A stretch of DNA of 33,886 nt from a bacterium (GCA_040752695.1 JBFMGO010000061.1:1-33886); one strand, 5' to 3'. Shown: positions 1 to 9,222, counted from the stretch's first letter. Notes: a model not told the origin generated them from the sequence alone. Translations and numbers: made by a program.

Positions 1-77
1 ACAGGCTCATTCCCCGATGCTCGTGCCTGTATGTGCCTTGATACGTGAGATTTACTCCCACCAGCAGCATTCTCTCC

Positions 78-106
78 TTGGCGTAGTTCAAAATTTGCTA
101 TATAAT
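78..106 (+). promoter_or_regulatory. Sigma-70-type promoter (TTGGCG-17 bp-TATAAT) for the small Rpn-like gene
   Basis: TTGGCG at 78-83, 17-nt spacer, perfect TATAAT at 101-106; about 80 nt upstream of ATG 188. Confidence 0.55.
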
Positions 107-187
107 TATAAAAGTATCAGTATCTCGTCGATCGAGTCAGAAAATGAACCGATAGAGGGAGGAGATTGTGACCAGGAGGAAATAGTC

Positions 188-472
188 ATGACAGCAGATA
201 TTATCCAGGAATGGATGGAAGAGAGCATGGAAAAAGGGAGGAAGGAGGGAATTGAGCTGGATATCAGGGAGAGCCTACAGCAGGGTTTGCAGCAAGGTAT
301 TCAAGAGGGATTGTTAGAGGCCATATCGATTGGACTTGAGTTAAAGTTTGGGGCGGAAGGGATGAAGCTTTACGAGCGGATCAGCCTGACAAGCTCAGGC
401 AAGAAGTTAAGGGATATCAAAAATGCGGTCAGAGCGGCTAAAGATATCCAGGAAATAGAGAGTTTGCTCTAA
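188..472 (+). CDS. Stand-alone Rpn (PD-(D/E)XK nuclease/transposase family) C-terminal-like protein, 94 aa
   Basis: ATG 188 preceded by AGGAGG. Sequence has EKGRKEG..QQGLQQGIQEG repeats and LELKFG, typical of Rpn/DUF4351-type C-termini. The ORF-track extension to 17 crosses the promoter and shows no nuclease motif. Confidence 0.65.
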   Translation: MTADIIQEWMEESMEKGRKEGIELDIRESLQQGLQQGIQEGLLEAISIGLELKFGAEGMKLYERISLTSSGKKLRDIKNAVRAAKDIQEIESLL

Positions 473-489
473 TCATATGTTCTTTCTTG

Positions 490-550
490 TTACATATTCT
501 CTCGTTATTTATTCTCTCATTACACATACTCTCCGTTACACGTACTTTTG
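490..550 (+). repeat. Four degenerate 15-16 bp tandem repeats upstream of argB
   Basis: ttacatattctctcg / ttatttattctctca / ttacacatactctccg / ttacacgtacttttg. Confidence 0.65.
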
Positions 551-571
551 TTCCATCAAGGAGTCAGATGT

Positions 572-1453
572 ATGGAAAAGCTGATTGAGAAGGCAGGAAT
601 ACTGATCGAGGCACTCCCTTATATCAAAAATTTCTACGGAAAAACCTTTGTCATTAAATACGGAGGTGCTGCGCAGACCGAAGCATCGCTGAAAGATTCC
701 TTTGCCCAGGATATCGTCTTGCTCAATTACATTGGCATCAATACCGTAATTGTTCACGGCGGTGGCCCGCGGATATCCGAAACCATGAAAAAAATGGGCA
801 AGGTGCCCAATTTTATTCATGGGCATCGGGTTACCGATGGCGAGACGATCGACATTGTCGAAATGGTACTGGGCGGTCTGGTCAACAAGGAGATCATTAC
901 CCTGATCAACCGCCACGGAGGCAAAGCCGTAGGGTTGACCGGGAAGGATGGAGGGCTTATCGGAGCTGACAAGAAGGTTATCAGGCAAATCTCCCCTGAT
1001 ACGGGATTGGATGAAATCATCGACCTTGGCCATGTCGGTCAAATCAAGCGGGTAAACCCTGAGGTAATCGTCAATCTCAAGCAGAATGGCTTTATTCCGG
1101 TTGTTGCTCCGGTCGGGGTGAGTGATGATGGCCAGACGCTGAATATTAATGCGGATGATATGGCTTCTTCTCTCGCTTCGGCTGTCAAAGCTGAAAAATT
1201 GATCCTTTTGACCGATGTCCCAGGCATCCTCGACCAGGAAGGAAAGATCATCTCCAGCGTGAGAAAAGAGGAGGTTGAGAAATTCATTCAGGATGGGACT
1301 ATTTCAGGGGGGATGATACCCAAGATCCGGGCCTGCGTCGAGGCAGCCAGGAACGCGGTTAAAAAAATTCACATTGTGGACGGCAGAATTTCCCATTGCC
1401 TGCTTCTGGAAATATTCACCCAGCAGGGGATAGGGACAGAGATTGTGGACTAA
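572..1453 (+). CDS. argB: Acetylglutamate kinase
   Basis: LIEALPYI, VIKYGG, VHGGGP, NINAD, LTDVPG and GGMIPK motifs; AAGGAG RBS before ATG 572. Confidence 0.97.
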   Translation: MEKLIEKAGILIEALPYIKNFYGKTFVIKYGGAAQTEASLKDSFAQDIVLLNYIGINTVIVHGGGPRISETMKKMGKVPNFIHGHRVTDGETIDIVEMVLGGLVNKEIITLINRHGGKAVGLTGKDGGLIGADKKVIRQISPDTGLDEIIDLGHVGQIKRVNPEVIVNLKQNGFIPVVAPVGVSDDGQTLNINADDMASSLASAVKAEKLILLTDVPGILDQEGKIISSVRKEEVEKFIQDGTISGGMIPKIRACVEAARNAVKKIHIVDGRISHCLLLEIFTQQGIGTEIVD

Positions 1454-1521
1454 AGGCTATGTGTATAAGGGGGCGAAAAAGCACGAAGGAGGCTTTAAGC
1501 ATAAAGGAGGCTCTTAAGGAG

Positions 1522-2046
1522 ATGGCGAAGAAGGCCTTGCTGATTATTGATATGCTCAATGATTTTGTGAAAGAGGGGGCACCTCTTGAGGTCCCAGAGA
1601 CCAGGCGAATCATACCGGTTATTCAGAAGCAAATCGATATGGCCCGTAAGGAAGGGTATCCGGTACTCTATGTATGCGATGCCCATGAGCCTGACGATCA
1701 GGAATTCAAGCGCTTCGGATGGCCCAGCCATGCTGTCAGAGGCACAGTCGGCGCTCGCGTTGTGGACCAATTCAGCCCCTCGGCTGGTGATATCATCCTT
1801 GAAAAGACCACCTATTCGGGATTTTATAACACAAAGCTTGACCATGTTCTGAAAGGTCTTGGAGTAGATACTCTCCGGCTTACCGGATGCGTTACTCACA
1901 TCTGCATCATGTTTACGGCATCGGATGCAGTGCTCAGGGGGTATTCCGTCGAAGTGGTCAGGGATGGAGTCGCCGGTCTTGCTCCTGAAGATCACGATGC
2001 AGCCCTCCGAATCATGAAGAACGTGATGGGTGCAGCGATCGTTTGA
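1522..2046 (+). CDS. Cysteine hydrolase, isochorismatase/nicotinamidase family
   Basis: ALLIIDMLNDF, DAH, WPSHA, KTTYSGF and G-CVTHIC motifs (Asp/Lys/Cys triad); AAGGAG elements precede ATG 1522. Confidence 0.9.
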   Translation: MAKKALLIIDMLNDFVKEGAPLEVPETRRIIPVIQKQIDMARKEGYPVLYVCDAHEPDDQEFKRFGWPSHAVRGTVGARVVDQFSPSAGDIILEKTTYSGFYNTKLDHVLKGLGVDTLRLTGCVTHICIMFTASDAVLRGYSVEVVRDGVAGLAPEDHDAALRIMKNVMGAAIV

Positions 2047-2127
2047 GTCATGTGCATGAAGAACAAATCTGAATTATGTGCAATGAAGAGCGAATCTTAA
2101 GTCATGTGCATGAAGAGCAAACCGAAA
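2047..2127 (+). repeat. Three imperfect 27-bp tandem repeats filling a convergent intergenic gap
   Basis: gtcatgtgcatgaagaacaaatctgaa / ttatgtgcaatgaagagcgaatcttaa / gtcatgtgcatgaagagcaaaccgaaa. Confidence 0.8.
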
Positions 2128-2133
2128 TGAGAA

Positions 2134-2946
2134 TTAAAAATGGGTAACATACGATAGCGAGGTGAGGATAGTCAGGTCATTTTTCTTGCGATCCTTCTGG
2201 GGTTCATTGACGTAATTATCGGTCAAGCCGATTTTCAGGAATAGTTTTTTGTAGAGTGGGACATAAGCACTTGTTTCGGAACTTATTTCGAAATTCCTTG
2301 TTTTTAAATCCTGGACCCACCGGATTTTTTCCTCGAACTTCAGGTCAGGAAGGGGTACATAGGAAAAGTCTACATTCCACAGGCCCTTGAGTTCTGAATC
2401 CGTATCACCCGATTCGTCAGATGTGGTCTCATCCCAGACAGCACCCACATCACTGGAGAAAAAGAGCTCTTCGGTATCATAAAACCTGGCGCCGATTGCC
2501 GGGCCGATCTGCCGGCGTCTTTTAATATCCCTGACCCGGTCCCGTTCGTAGAAGAGAAAGGCGGACCAATAGGCCTTCTTAATAAACAGGCGATTATACT
2601 TGGCAAGAAAATCCCTCCGGTCAGCCGAGACCTCACCATCTGCCTCCCCTCTGGCATACGAGGATGTCAGACGCAGGTCATCTTTCGGCCTTTTCAAGGT
2701 CACCTTGAGTTCTGTCCGCAGATCATGACTTGTCTCATTGCCGCTGGTTTGCCGGTATCCGAGATCATATTGCAGCGTCCATTTTTTGGGCTTCTGATTC
2801 TGAGCAGGTTTTTGATCGGATGCGGTCTCCTGATCCGTATCCTGATCCGCATCCTGGGCCGCCGCCGGCCTGCCGGCTGAGAGCAGAAAGATAACAGCGA
2901 TGACAGCAAGGATGCTGCTGGCAGGGGGAATCCGTATGGAGTTCAT
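2134..2946 (-). CDS. DUF481/YdiY-family outer-membrane beta-barrel protein
   Basis: Signal peptide ending AAA-Q, GYRQTSGN motif, amphipathic strands, YVNEP..RKKND motif, C-terminal Phe; GGAGG upstream of ATG 2946. Confidence 0.8.
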   Translation of the reverse strand: MNSIRIPPASSILAVIAVIFLLSAGRPAAAQDADQDTDQETASDQKPAQNQKPKKWTLQYDLGYRQTSGNETSHDLRTELKVTLKRPKDDLRLTSSYARGEADGEVSADRRDFLAKYNRLFIKKAYWSAFLFYERDRVRDIKRRRQIGPAIGARFYDTEELFFSSDVGAVWDETTSDESGDTDSELKGLWNVDFSYVPLPDLKFEEKIRWVQDLKTRNFEISSETSAYVPLYKKLFLKIGLTDNYVNEPQKDRKKNDLTILTSLSYVTHF

Positions 2947-2950
2947 GCGC

Positions 2951-5803
2951 TTAGTATGAACTTTCCTCCCCGCTGATGAGAAGAGCTGCGGGGAAATATT
3001 TGAGAACATCTCCAGCGAGCATGGTTTGGCTGCTTTCGATTTCGATGGGCTGGCCGGTTATAGCGTCTTTCCACAAGGAAGGGCATCCATTCGGGAGCGT
3101 AAGGCAGGTATCGTTCCACACCATACGGCCGATGGGGTATTCGTTTTCTTTTACAATGGAGGTCAAGAGCCTCGGTGCTATGGTTATGGCCCATGAATTC
3201 CCCCTCCTGGCCGTAGCGGGTCCGTCCTGCGGCATTTTCCTGGCAAAGACAACGAGGTGATCTTTAAACTTCCCGCCGGTATCAAGGGGGAAGTAGTCCC
3301 CTTTTTGAAAAATGTTCCTCCACGCTCCCCTGGCCCTGAGTGCCTGGTAGATCAGAAAAAGTTTGATTCTTCCATCTTCTTTGGTTGAAAGAAGCTCATT
3401 GATCAGGCCAGGGATATCTTCTTCCCTGGTATCCCTGATTCTTGCCAGAAGCTCCTTTCGCCTGTCAAAGTCAACAGGCCGCCGGTTGTCAGGATCGACT
3501 AGGCTGAAATCCCAAAGCTCCGTTCCCTGGTAGAAGTCCGGCACACCGGGAGAGGTGATCTTGATCAGGGTTTGAGACAGAGAGTTGAAGATCCCGTAAA
3601 AGGCCACTTTTCTTTGAAACGGCAGGAACTCCTTCAGAAAGGGATTTTGCTCCGATGGCTCCAGGATACCGTCAATAAAGGCAGTAAATGCATTTTCATA
3701 CTCGGTATCGGGCTCTATCCAGGCCGTGTGGACCTTGGCCTCTCTAATGGCCTTAATGATATAATTTTTTATCCGGCCCAAAAGACCAGCCACTTCGCTT
3801 TCGTCGAAGGGGTAGGCTCCCATGAGGGTCTGATAGAGAAGATACTCATCATTCCTGTCCGGAGCATTTCCATTGCTCGATGGCGGTTTCTTCGATTTAT
3901 TTATCTTACTCCACAGTTTGATCCTTCCTTCCCATTCTACGGGTATTTCGGAGAGAACATTGATTCTCGCTCTGTTATCTTCGCCCCGTTTTGTATCGTG
4001 GGTCGATGTTGCATTCAGTGAATAAGGCCAAAAGCCTGCCCGCTTCTGGTTAAAGTCGTGGAATTCTTTTTTCGTCACTCCAAACTGACTCGGATCTCCT
4101 CCAACCTCGTTCAGCGCAAGGAGCCTGTTGTATACATAAAAAGTCGTATCCTCCAGCCCCTTGGCCATCAATGGACCGGTAAGCTGCTGGAATCTCATGG
4201 TAAAGTTGATCCATTCCTTCTTTTCCTCGTCGGTCTGGGAATCCCTGAAATCGAGGAGAAGGAATTTTTCGATGAAATTGAACTCATAGATAAGGTCAGG
4301 CTCTTTTTTCCTTGCCTTGCTGATCGTTTCGCTTACATATAAACGGTCTGAGATATTAAAAACGCTGTAACTGATATAGGTTCGATAAATAGGAAAGAGA
4401 GCGAAAAGTTCCACGATGGCCTTTTTAAGGCTGTTGAGGGTAATATCACTCCCGTATCTGTCTTTGATGGAGATTCTCTTGAGAAGCCTGGCCAGTCCAT
4501 CCACATCTCCTGCCATATTTTTTTCTATGATTAATCTTTTTTTATGATTGAGGAGTTTTTCATAGGGGGCATTCATGCCGGTAAAATCAGCATATATTTT
4601 TTGAAATTTTTTGGCGTTTTTCCCCTCGCAGAAAAGCTCATTCAGGTGATTGAGAAAATCGTAGCCTGTTGTTCCCTGCACCGGCCAGGATGAGAGCAGT
4701 TCTTCCTTCAGGTTAAGAATCTTTTCGACTACCAGGTAGGTCTCCCCTATTTCCTCTTTCAGCCGCTCCAGATACTCCACCGGATTGTATAACCCGTCCA
4801 GGTGATCCACCCGCAAGCCCGTAAATCTGCCGTTTCTCAGCAGACCGAGAATGAGAGAATGATAAGAATGGAAAACATTTTTTTCCTCCATCCTCAGGGA
4901 GATAAGCTCATTGATATTGAAAAACCGGCGGTAGTTTATCTCCTCATTGGCCACTTTCCAGAACGACAGCCTGAACAATTGCTTCTCAAGCAGGTCATCG
5001 AGAGGATTGAAGCTTTCCGGCCTTCCCTTCTGACCGTTAAAAATCGTGATATTCTCATCGATAACCCTTCTTACATCCTCATTTTGGGTATAGATCTCCC
5101 ACAGCATGCCCTTGATAAAGGCCACCTGATCGGATCGCTCACCACCCTCGTCTCTCGATGAGAGGGTCTTTAAAGAGTAAAGTACGCCAAGGAGCTTGAT
5201 AAAATCCGAGTGAAACTTTCCAAGCTTTCTTTTCAGCTTTCTCAGGCCATGATTGTGTGTCAATACATCCACATATGTCTCTACCAGAAGAGGAAATCGC
5301 AGGTTATAATAGTTCACGGTAAATCCGTTCTCGTCGTACCTGAGCTGAATTTCTCCCCTCTCCAGGGTTTCTCCATACAATCTGCCCAAAAAAGGCGCTA
5401 GGACCCGGCCACTGATGGTTGGCTCATAGGGGTAAGCCCACTCTATATCAAAGAAGTCAAAGTACTCCGAACCCTGACCGTTTTCCAGGACATTCATGAG
5501 CATTTGATTTTCACTGTCAAAGGCCATATGGTTGGGGACAAAATCCTGAATCCACCCCAAATTTTTCGTTTTCACTTCATGGGTGAGTTCCTCGAAATCC
5601 TTCATGGTTCCCAGTTCAGGATTGAGCTGATTAGGATCAACCACGTCATAACCGTGGAGGGAGCCTTTGCGTGCCTTGAAGATAGGAGATGCGTAAATAT
5701 CGGAAATTCCAAGCTGAGAGAGATACTCTATAATTTCCCTGGCCTTCTTGAAGCCAAAAGAAGGGGTGAATTGCAGCCGATAGGTGGATACCGGAACTCT
5801 CAT
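2951..5803 (-). CDS. treY: Malto-oligosyltrehalose synthase (GH13)
   Basis: PVSTYRLQF, SLHGYDVVD, DFVPNHMA, INYRRFF, GLRVDHLDGL, VEKIL, STHDTKRGED and SLVDPDNRRPVDF motifs; start placed at MRVP (5803). Confidence 0.96.
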   Translation of the reverse strand: MRVPVSTYRLQFTPSFGFKKAREIIEYLSQLGISDIYASPIFKARKGSLHGYDVVDPNQLNPELGTMKDFEELTHEVKTKNLGWIQDFVPNHMAFDSENQMLMNVLENGQGSEYFDFFDIEWAYPYEPTISGRVLAPFLGRLYGETLERGEIQLRYDENGFTVNYYNLRFPLLVETYVDVLTHNHGLRKLKRKLGKFHSDFIKLLGVLYSLKTLSSRDEGGERSDQVAFIKGMLWEIYTQNEDVRRVIDENITIFNGQKGRPESFNPLDDLLEKQLFRLSFWKVANEEINYRRFFNINELISLRMEEKNVFHSYHSLILGLLRNGRFTGLRVDHLDGLYNPVEYLERLKEEIGETYLVVEKILNLKEELLSSWPVQGTTGYDFLNHLNELFCEGKNAKKFQKIYADFTGMNAPYEKLLNHKKRLIIEKNMAGDVDGLARLLKRISIKDRYGSDITLNSLKKAIVELFALFPIYRTYISYSVFNISDRLYVSETISKARKKEPDLIYEFNFIEKFLLLDFRDSQTDEEKKEWINFTMRFQQLTGPLMAKGLEDTTFYVYNRLLALNEVGGDPSQFGVTKKEFHDFNQKRAGFWPYSLNATSTHDTKRGEDNRARINVLSEIPVEWEGRIKLWSKINKSKKPPSSNGNAPDRNDEYLLYQTLMGAYPFDESEVAGLLGRIKNYIIKAIREAKVHTAWIEPDTEYENAFTAFIDGILEPSEQNPFLKEFLPFQRKVAFYGIFNSLSQTLIKITSPGVPDFYQGTELWDFSLVDPDNRRPVDFDRRKELLARIRDTREEDIPGLINELLSTKEDGRIKLFLIYQALRARGAWRNIFQKGDYFPLDTGGKFKDHLVVFARKMPQDGPATARRGNSWAITIAPRLLTSIVKENEYPIGRMVWNDTCLTLPNGCPSLWKDAITGQPIEIESSQTMLAGDVLKYFPAALLISGEESSY

Positions 5804-5940
5804 CAGCAAGCCCCTGTAAGAGGCGATCGGCGGCAGGAGAATAAGGGGTGATCTTTTTTCTCCGTGATCCCGATGATTTCGGTGGTGAAGCGGCATGCAC
5901 GTTTTTTGGTACTATTCATGAGTGTTTTCTCAAAGAGCAT
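5803..5940 (-). CDS. Candidate 45-aa small ORF coupled between treZ and treY
   Basis: ATG 5940 with AAGGAG RBS inside the treZ 3' end; MLFEKTLMNSTKKRACRFTTEIIGITEKKDHPLFSCRRSPLTGAC; stop overlaps the treY start as TGATG. Confidence 0.4.
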   Translation of the reverse strand: MLFEKTLMNSTKKRACRFTTEIIGITEKKDHPLFSCRRSPLTGAC

Positions 5941-7774
5941 CGCTTACATCTCCTTCCTTGATATATATGGCCAGGCTGCGGCCTCTGATCACCAGTTCCT
6001 GGCCCGAAACCAACCTTTCCGGAAGGAGTGCGCCAGTGCCGAGCCAGGCCTCATCGCTCGAATCCAGGACTTTTCTCCATTCCCCCCGGTACGGAGAAGC
6101 TGCCAGTTTCCTGTCTTTGCGGTTGAAATTGAAAATGCATAACAGATGGCTGTCGTTATCCCACCGCTTCATGAAAAGAACAAGATCCTCTTCGAAGCCG
6201 ATTACATCAAGACTCTTTTTATCGAGATTTGAAAGTGCCGGGGTCTCCTTGCGAAGCGTGATCAAATCCTGATAAAAATTCAGCAGAATTTCCTGCTTCC
6301 CCTGTTTTCTCGCTTCCCACTGCAGCTTTGAATTCTGGAACGTCCGCATGTCCTGAGGATCGGGGGGCTCTTCTTTCCAGGTGAATTCTTTGAATTCCTC
6401 CTTTCTGCCCTTTCTGACCGCCTCGATAAGGCCAGGATCGGAATGGCTGATAAAGTAAAGGAACGGGGCGGTCTCTCCATATTCCTCACCCATGAACAGG
6501 AGCGGAATAAAAGGGGAAAGCAGAATAACACCTGCTGCCAGCTTCAGCGATTCGAAATCCGCCAGTCTGCTCAGCCGGTCGCCAAGCATTCTGTTTCCGA
6601 CCTGATCGTGGTTCTGGATGAAAACCACCATTTGATCCGCGCCTCTATCCAGCGACGAGTTCCCATGGCTTTTCGACCGGTACAGGGAATATTGCCCCGA
6701 ATAGATAAACCCCTCCCTTAAAGACTTCACAAGATGCTCCATCCCGCCAAAATCAAGATAATATCCGCTTCTTTCTCCGGTGAGAAGCGTGTGAAGGGCA
6801 TGATGGAAATCATCACACCAGTAAGCATCGAGCCCATACCCTCCAAGCTCCCGCGGCCTGATCACCTTGGGATCATTGAGATCGTTTTCAGCAATCAGAT
6901 AAAATTTTCTTCCGGCCTGCTTCGAAAGTCCCTCGACCTCCCGGGCCAGATCCATGAGAAAGGGGCGTGCACTCATATCGAAAATAGCATGAATGGCGTC
7001 GAGGCGAAGAGCATCGAGGTGATAGTGAGAAAACCAGTGCAGGGCATTCTCGATAAAGAAATTTCTTACTTCGTCATTACAGGCGTCATCGTAATTGATC
7101 GCATCACCCCAGGGCGTCCTGTACTTTGTAGAAAAGTAAGGGGCAAAGTCTCGCGTATAATTGCCTTCCGGCCCGAAATGGTTATAGACGACATCGAGAA
7201 TGACCGCCATTCCCCGCTTGTGGCTCTCGTTCACCAGCCTTTTGAGACCTTCTGGGCCGCCATAGGAATTTTGAACGGCAAAGGGATACACTCCATCATA
7301 CCCCCAGTTCCTTTCACCGGGAAACTGGGCTACCGGCATGATTTCTATGGTATTGAGACCGAAATCTTTTAACTCGTCAAGCCGGGCGATGACTGCCTCA
7401 AAGGTTCCCTCCGGGGTAAACGTTCCGACATGGAGCTCATAGATAAACATCCTTGAGAGCTCCACGCCCCTCCAGCAATTATCTTCCCAATCGAAGGCTT
7501 GATGATCGACCACCTGAGAGGGCTTATGAACTCCCTCGGGCTGAAAGTGGGAGGCAGGATCGGGCCTGTCCTTTTGCTCATCGAGCTGATAAAGGTAACG
7601 GGTTTGGGAAGAAATCCCCTCTACATGAGCCCTCCAGTATCCCCTGTCATCTTTTTCCATGGGATGGACCCTTACCTCCGGGGAGACTATCTTGACGTCA
7701 ACCTTCTTCAGAAAAGGTGCCCAGACAATAAATTCACCCTTTCCTCTGCCCAGGTAATGCGCTCCAACTCTCAT
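5930..7774 (-). CDS. treZ: Malto-oligosyltrehalose trehalohydrolase (GH13)
   Basis: FIVWAP, PDPAS.FQPEGVH, YELHVGTFTPEGTF, RNWGYDGV, LRLDAIHAI, QNHDQVGNR and LFMGEEYGE motifs; GGAGGAG RBS. Confidence 0.96.
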   Translation of the reverse strand: MRVGAHYLGRGKGEFIVWAPFLKKVDVKIVSPEVRVHPMEKDDRGYWRAHVEGISSQTRYLYQLDEQKDRPDPASHFQPEGVHKPSQVVDHQAFDWEDNCWRGVELSRMFIYELHVGTFTPEGTFEAVIARLDELKDFGLNTIEIMPVAQFPGERNWGYDGVYPFAVQNSYGGPEGLKRLVNESHKRGMAVILDVVYNHFGPEGNYTRDFAPYFSTKYRTPWGDAINYDDACNDEVRNFFIENALHWFSHYHLDALRLDAIHAIFDMSARPFLMDLAREVEGLSKQAGRKFYLIAENDLNDPKVIRPRELGGYGLDAYWCDDFHHALHTLLTGERSGYYLDFGGMEHLVKSLREGFIYSGQYSLYRSKSHGNSSLDRGADQMVVFIQNHDQVGNRMLGDRLSRLADFESLKLAAGVILLSPFIPLLFMGEEYGETAPFLYFISHSDPGLIEAVRKGRKEEFKEFTWKEEPPDPQDMRTFQNSKLQWEARKQGKQEILLNFYQDLITLRKETPALSNLDKKSLDVIGFEEDLVLFMKRWDNDSHLLCIFNFNRKDRKLAASPYRGEWRKVLDSSDEAWLGTGALLPERLVSGQELVIRGRSLAIYIKEGDVSDAL

Positions 7775-7822
7775 CTTATCTCCTCCCCTCTTTTATCCCG
7801 AAGTCACCGAAGGGAAAGACTT

Positions 7823-9145
7823 TCAGGGACCGGGCATTCGATCGATTGCCTCGGCATCCACCAGCCCCTCTCGATTGCGGTCGGGATCTTTTGTATTCAT
7901 TGGCCCCCAGGCAGACTGTGATTCAGACTGATCGATCAGTGCCTGGCGAATGGCTGCAACTTCTGAAGCACTATGGGCCCTCCCGTGCCGTGCGATATAC
8001 AGGGATATGCACCCGACTGCGTGAGGACAGGCCATACTGGTTCCACTCAAGGTCTTGTATCCTCCACCCTTATACGTAGAATAAATATCAACACCAGGGG
8101 CAGCAAAGTCAATGGCTGCACCGGAGGATACGACCGGATTGCCCATTATCACCGAATTGCTGAAATTGCTGAAGGTAGCCAAAGTATCGTCGCTTTCGTT
8201 GCCGACATCCCCGCCGCTGCCACCCGGATGGCCATCGAAGTCAGCCATGGCCGAGACAGCGGACACTTCAGGGTAGGCAGCCGGAACATGATCGTCATCG
8301 TTGCCATATATCCCATCCGGACCATAAACATCATCATTTTCATTGCCGGCAGCAGCCACGTAGACAACCCCCTTATTAACACTGTTGATGATGGCGTCCC
8401 TTAAGGATTGCAGGTATCCCGTACTGCCAAGGCTCAAGTTGGCGACCTCAATTTCATCGGCATGCTCGGTTACCCAATCGATACCTGCAATAATCCAGGA
8501 TATCTTTCCGCTCCCCCGGCGGTCCAGGACCTTGACTGCATGCAACCTGGCACCGGGAGCAATACCTACCACTCCTATTCCATTATCAAGGGCAGCTACT
8601 ATCCCGGCTACATGAGATCCATGTCCGTTATCGTCGTCGCCGCTGCCAACCCGCGGGACAAAGCTCACATTCTCGACCACGTTCAGGTCAGAGTGCGTCA
8701 GATCGATGCCGGTATCGATGATGGCTACATCGACATCGACCCGCTCGTCAGTCCCGTTGATCTGGGCTATAGTATTGAGATCTGCCTTGACTCGGCCAAC
8801 TCCCGGCGGTAAGGTCTGTTGAAGAGCATAGGCGATGCTGTCCGGCTCGATGTACTTGATCCTGGGGTCCTGCATTACCTTGACCATGGCCGGAGCAGGG
8901 ATGATAGCCGAGAAGCCTTTGAGGCAATGGTTATACGTGCAGCTGCACTTGATCTTGCACATCTGCTTGATCTCGGCAGTTACCGCTTCAGGATTCTCGA
9001 TATCGTCTTTAAAGACGACGATATAGCTGTTCCTGAGAGAAAACTGAGCAACAGGGCCGGCGTAGGCCAGCGATGAAGTAATGCCTATGAGCAGAGCCGC
9101 CAGGGGAAAAAACAACATTTCCAAAATCACGGTCTTTTGCTTCAT
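7823..9145 (-). CDS. Secreted S8 subtilisin-like serine peptidase with I9 propeptide
   Basis: Signal peptide; YIVVFK..YIEPD prodomain; catalytic IDTG, HGSHVAG and GTSMACPH; oxyanion AAGN. Confidence 0.93.
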   Translation of the reverse strand: MKQKTVILEMLFFPLAALLIGITSSLAYAGPVAQFSLRNSYIVVFKDDIENPEAVTAEIKQMCKIKCSCTYNHCLKGFSAIIPAPAMVKVMQDPRIKYIEPDSIAYALQQTLPPGVGRVKADLNTIAQINGTDERVDVDVAIIDTGIDLTHSDLNVVENVSFVPRVGSGDDDNGHGSHVAGIVAALDNGIGVVGIAPGARLHAVKVLDRRGSGKISWIIAGIDWVTEHADEIEVANLSLGSTGYLQSLRDAIINSVNKGVVYVAAAGNENDDVYGPDGIYGNDDDHVPAAYPEVSAVSAMADFDGHPGGSGGDVGNESDDTLATFSNFSNSVIMGNPVVSSGAAIDFAAPGVDIYSTYKGGGYKTLSGTSMACPHAVGCISLYIARHGRAHSASEVAAIRQALIDQSESQSAWGPMNTKDPDRNREGLVDAEAIDRMPGP

Positions 9146-9192
9146 ATTTTGGTTTCTCCTTCACCTTTTACCCTCCAAAAAGCAGGGTTTTT

Positions 9193-9222
9193 ATTATATC
9201 ACATGATGAGTGACTTTTACAA
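9193..9222 (-). promoter_or_regulatory. Sigma-70-type promoter with extended -10 for the subtilase-treZY run
   Basis: Minus strand: TTGTAA (9222-9217), 18-nt spacer, TG-A-TATAAT (9201-9193), 48 nt upstream of ATG 9145. Confidence 0.55.

Noticed and set aside
17..187. N-terminal extension of the Rpn-like ORF as a transposase or nuclease
   Set aside because: No PD-(D/E)XK motif; the segment contains a promoter-like sequence and a better RBS precedes ATG 188.
2047..2127. Possible mini CRISPR array
   Set aside because: Units are directly adjacent with no unique spacers, and no cas genes are in the window.
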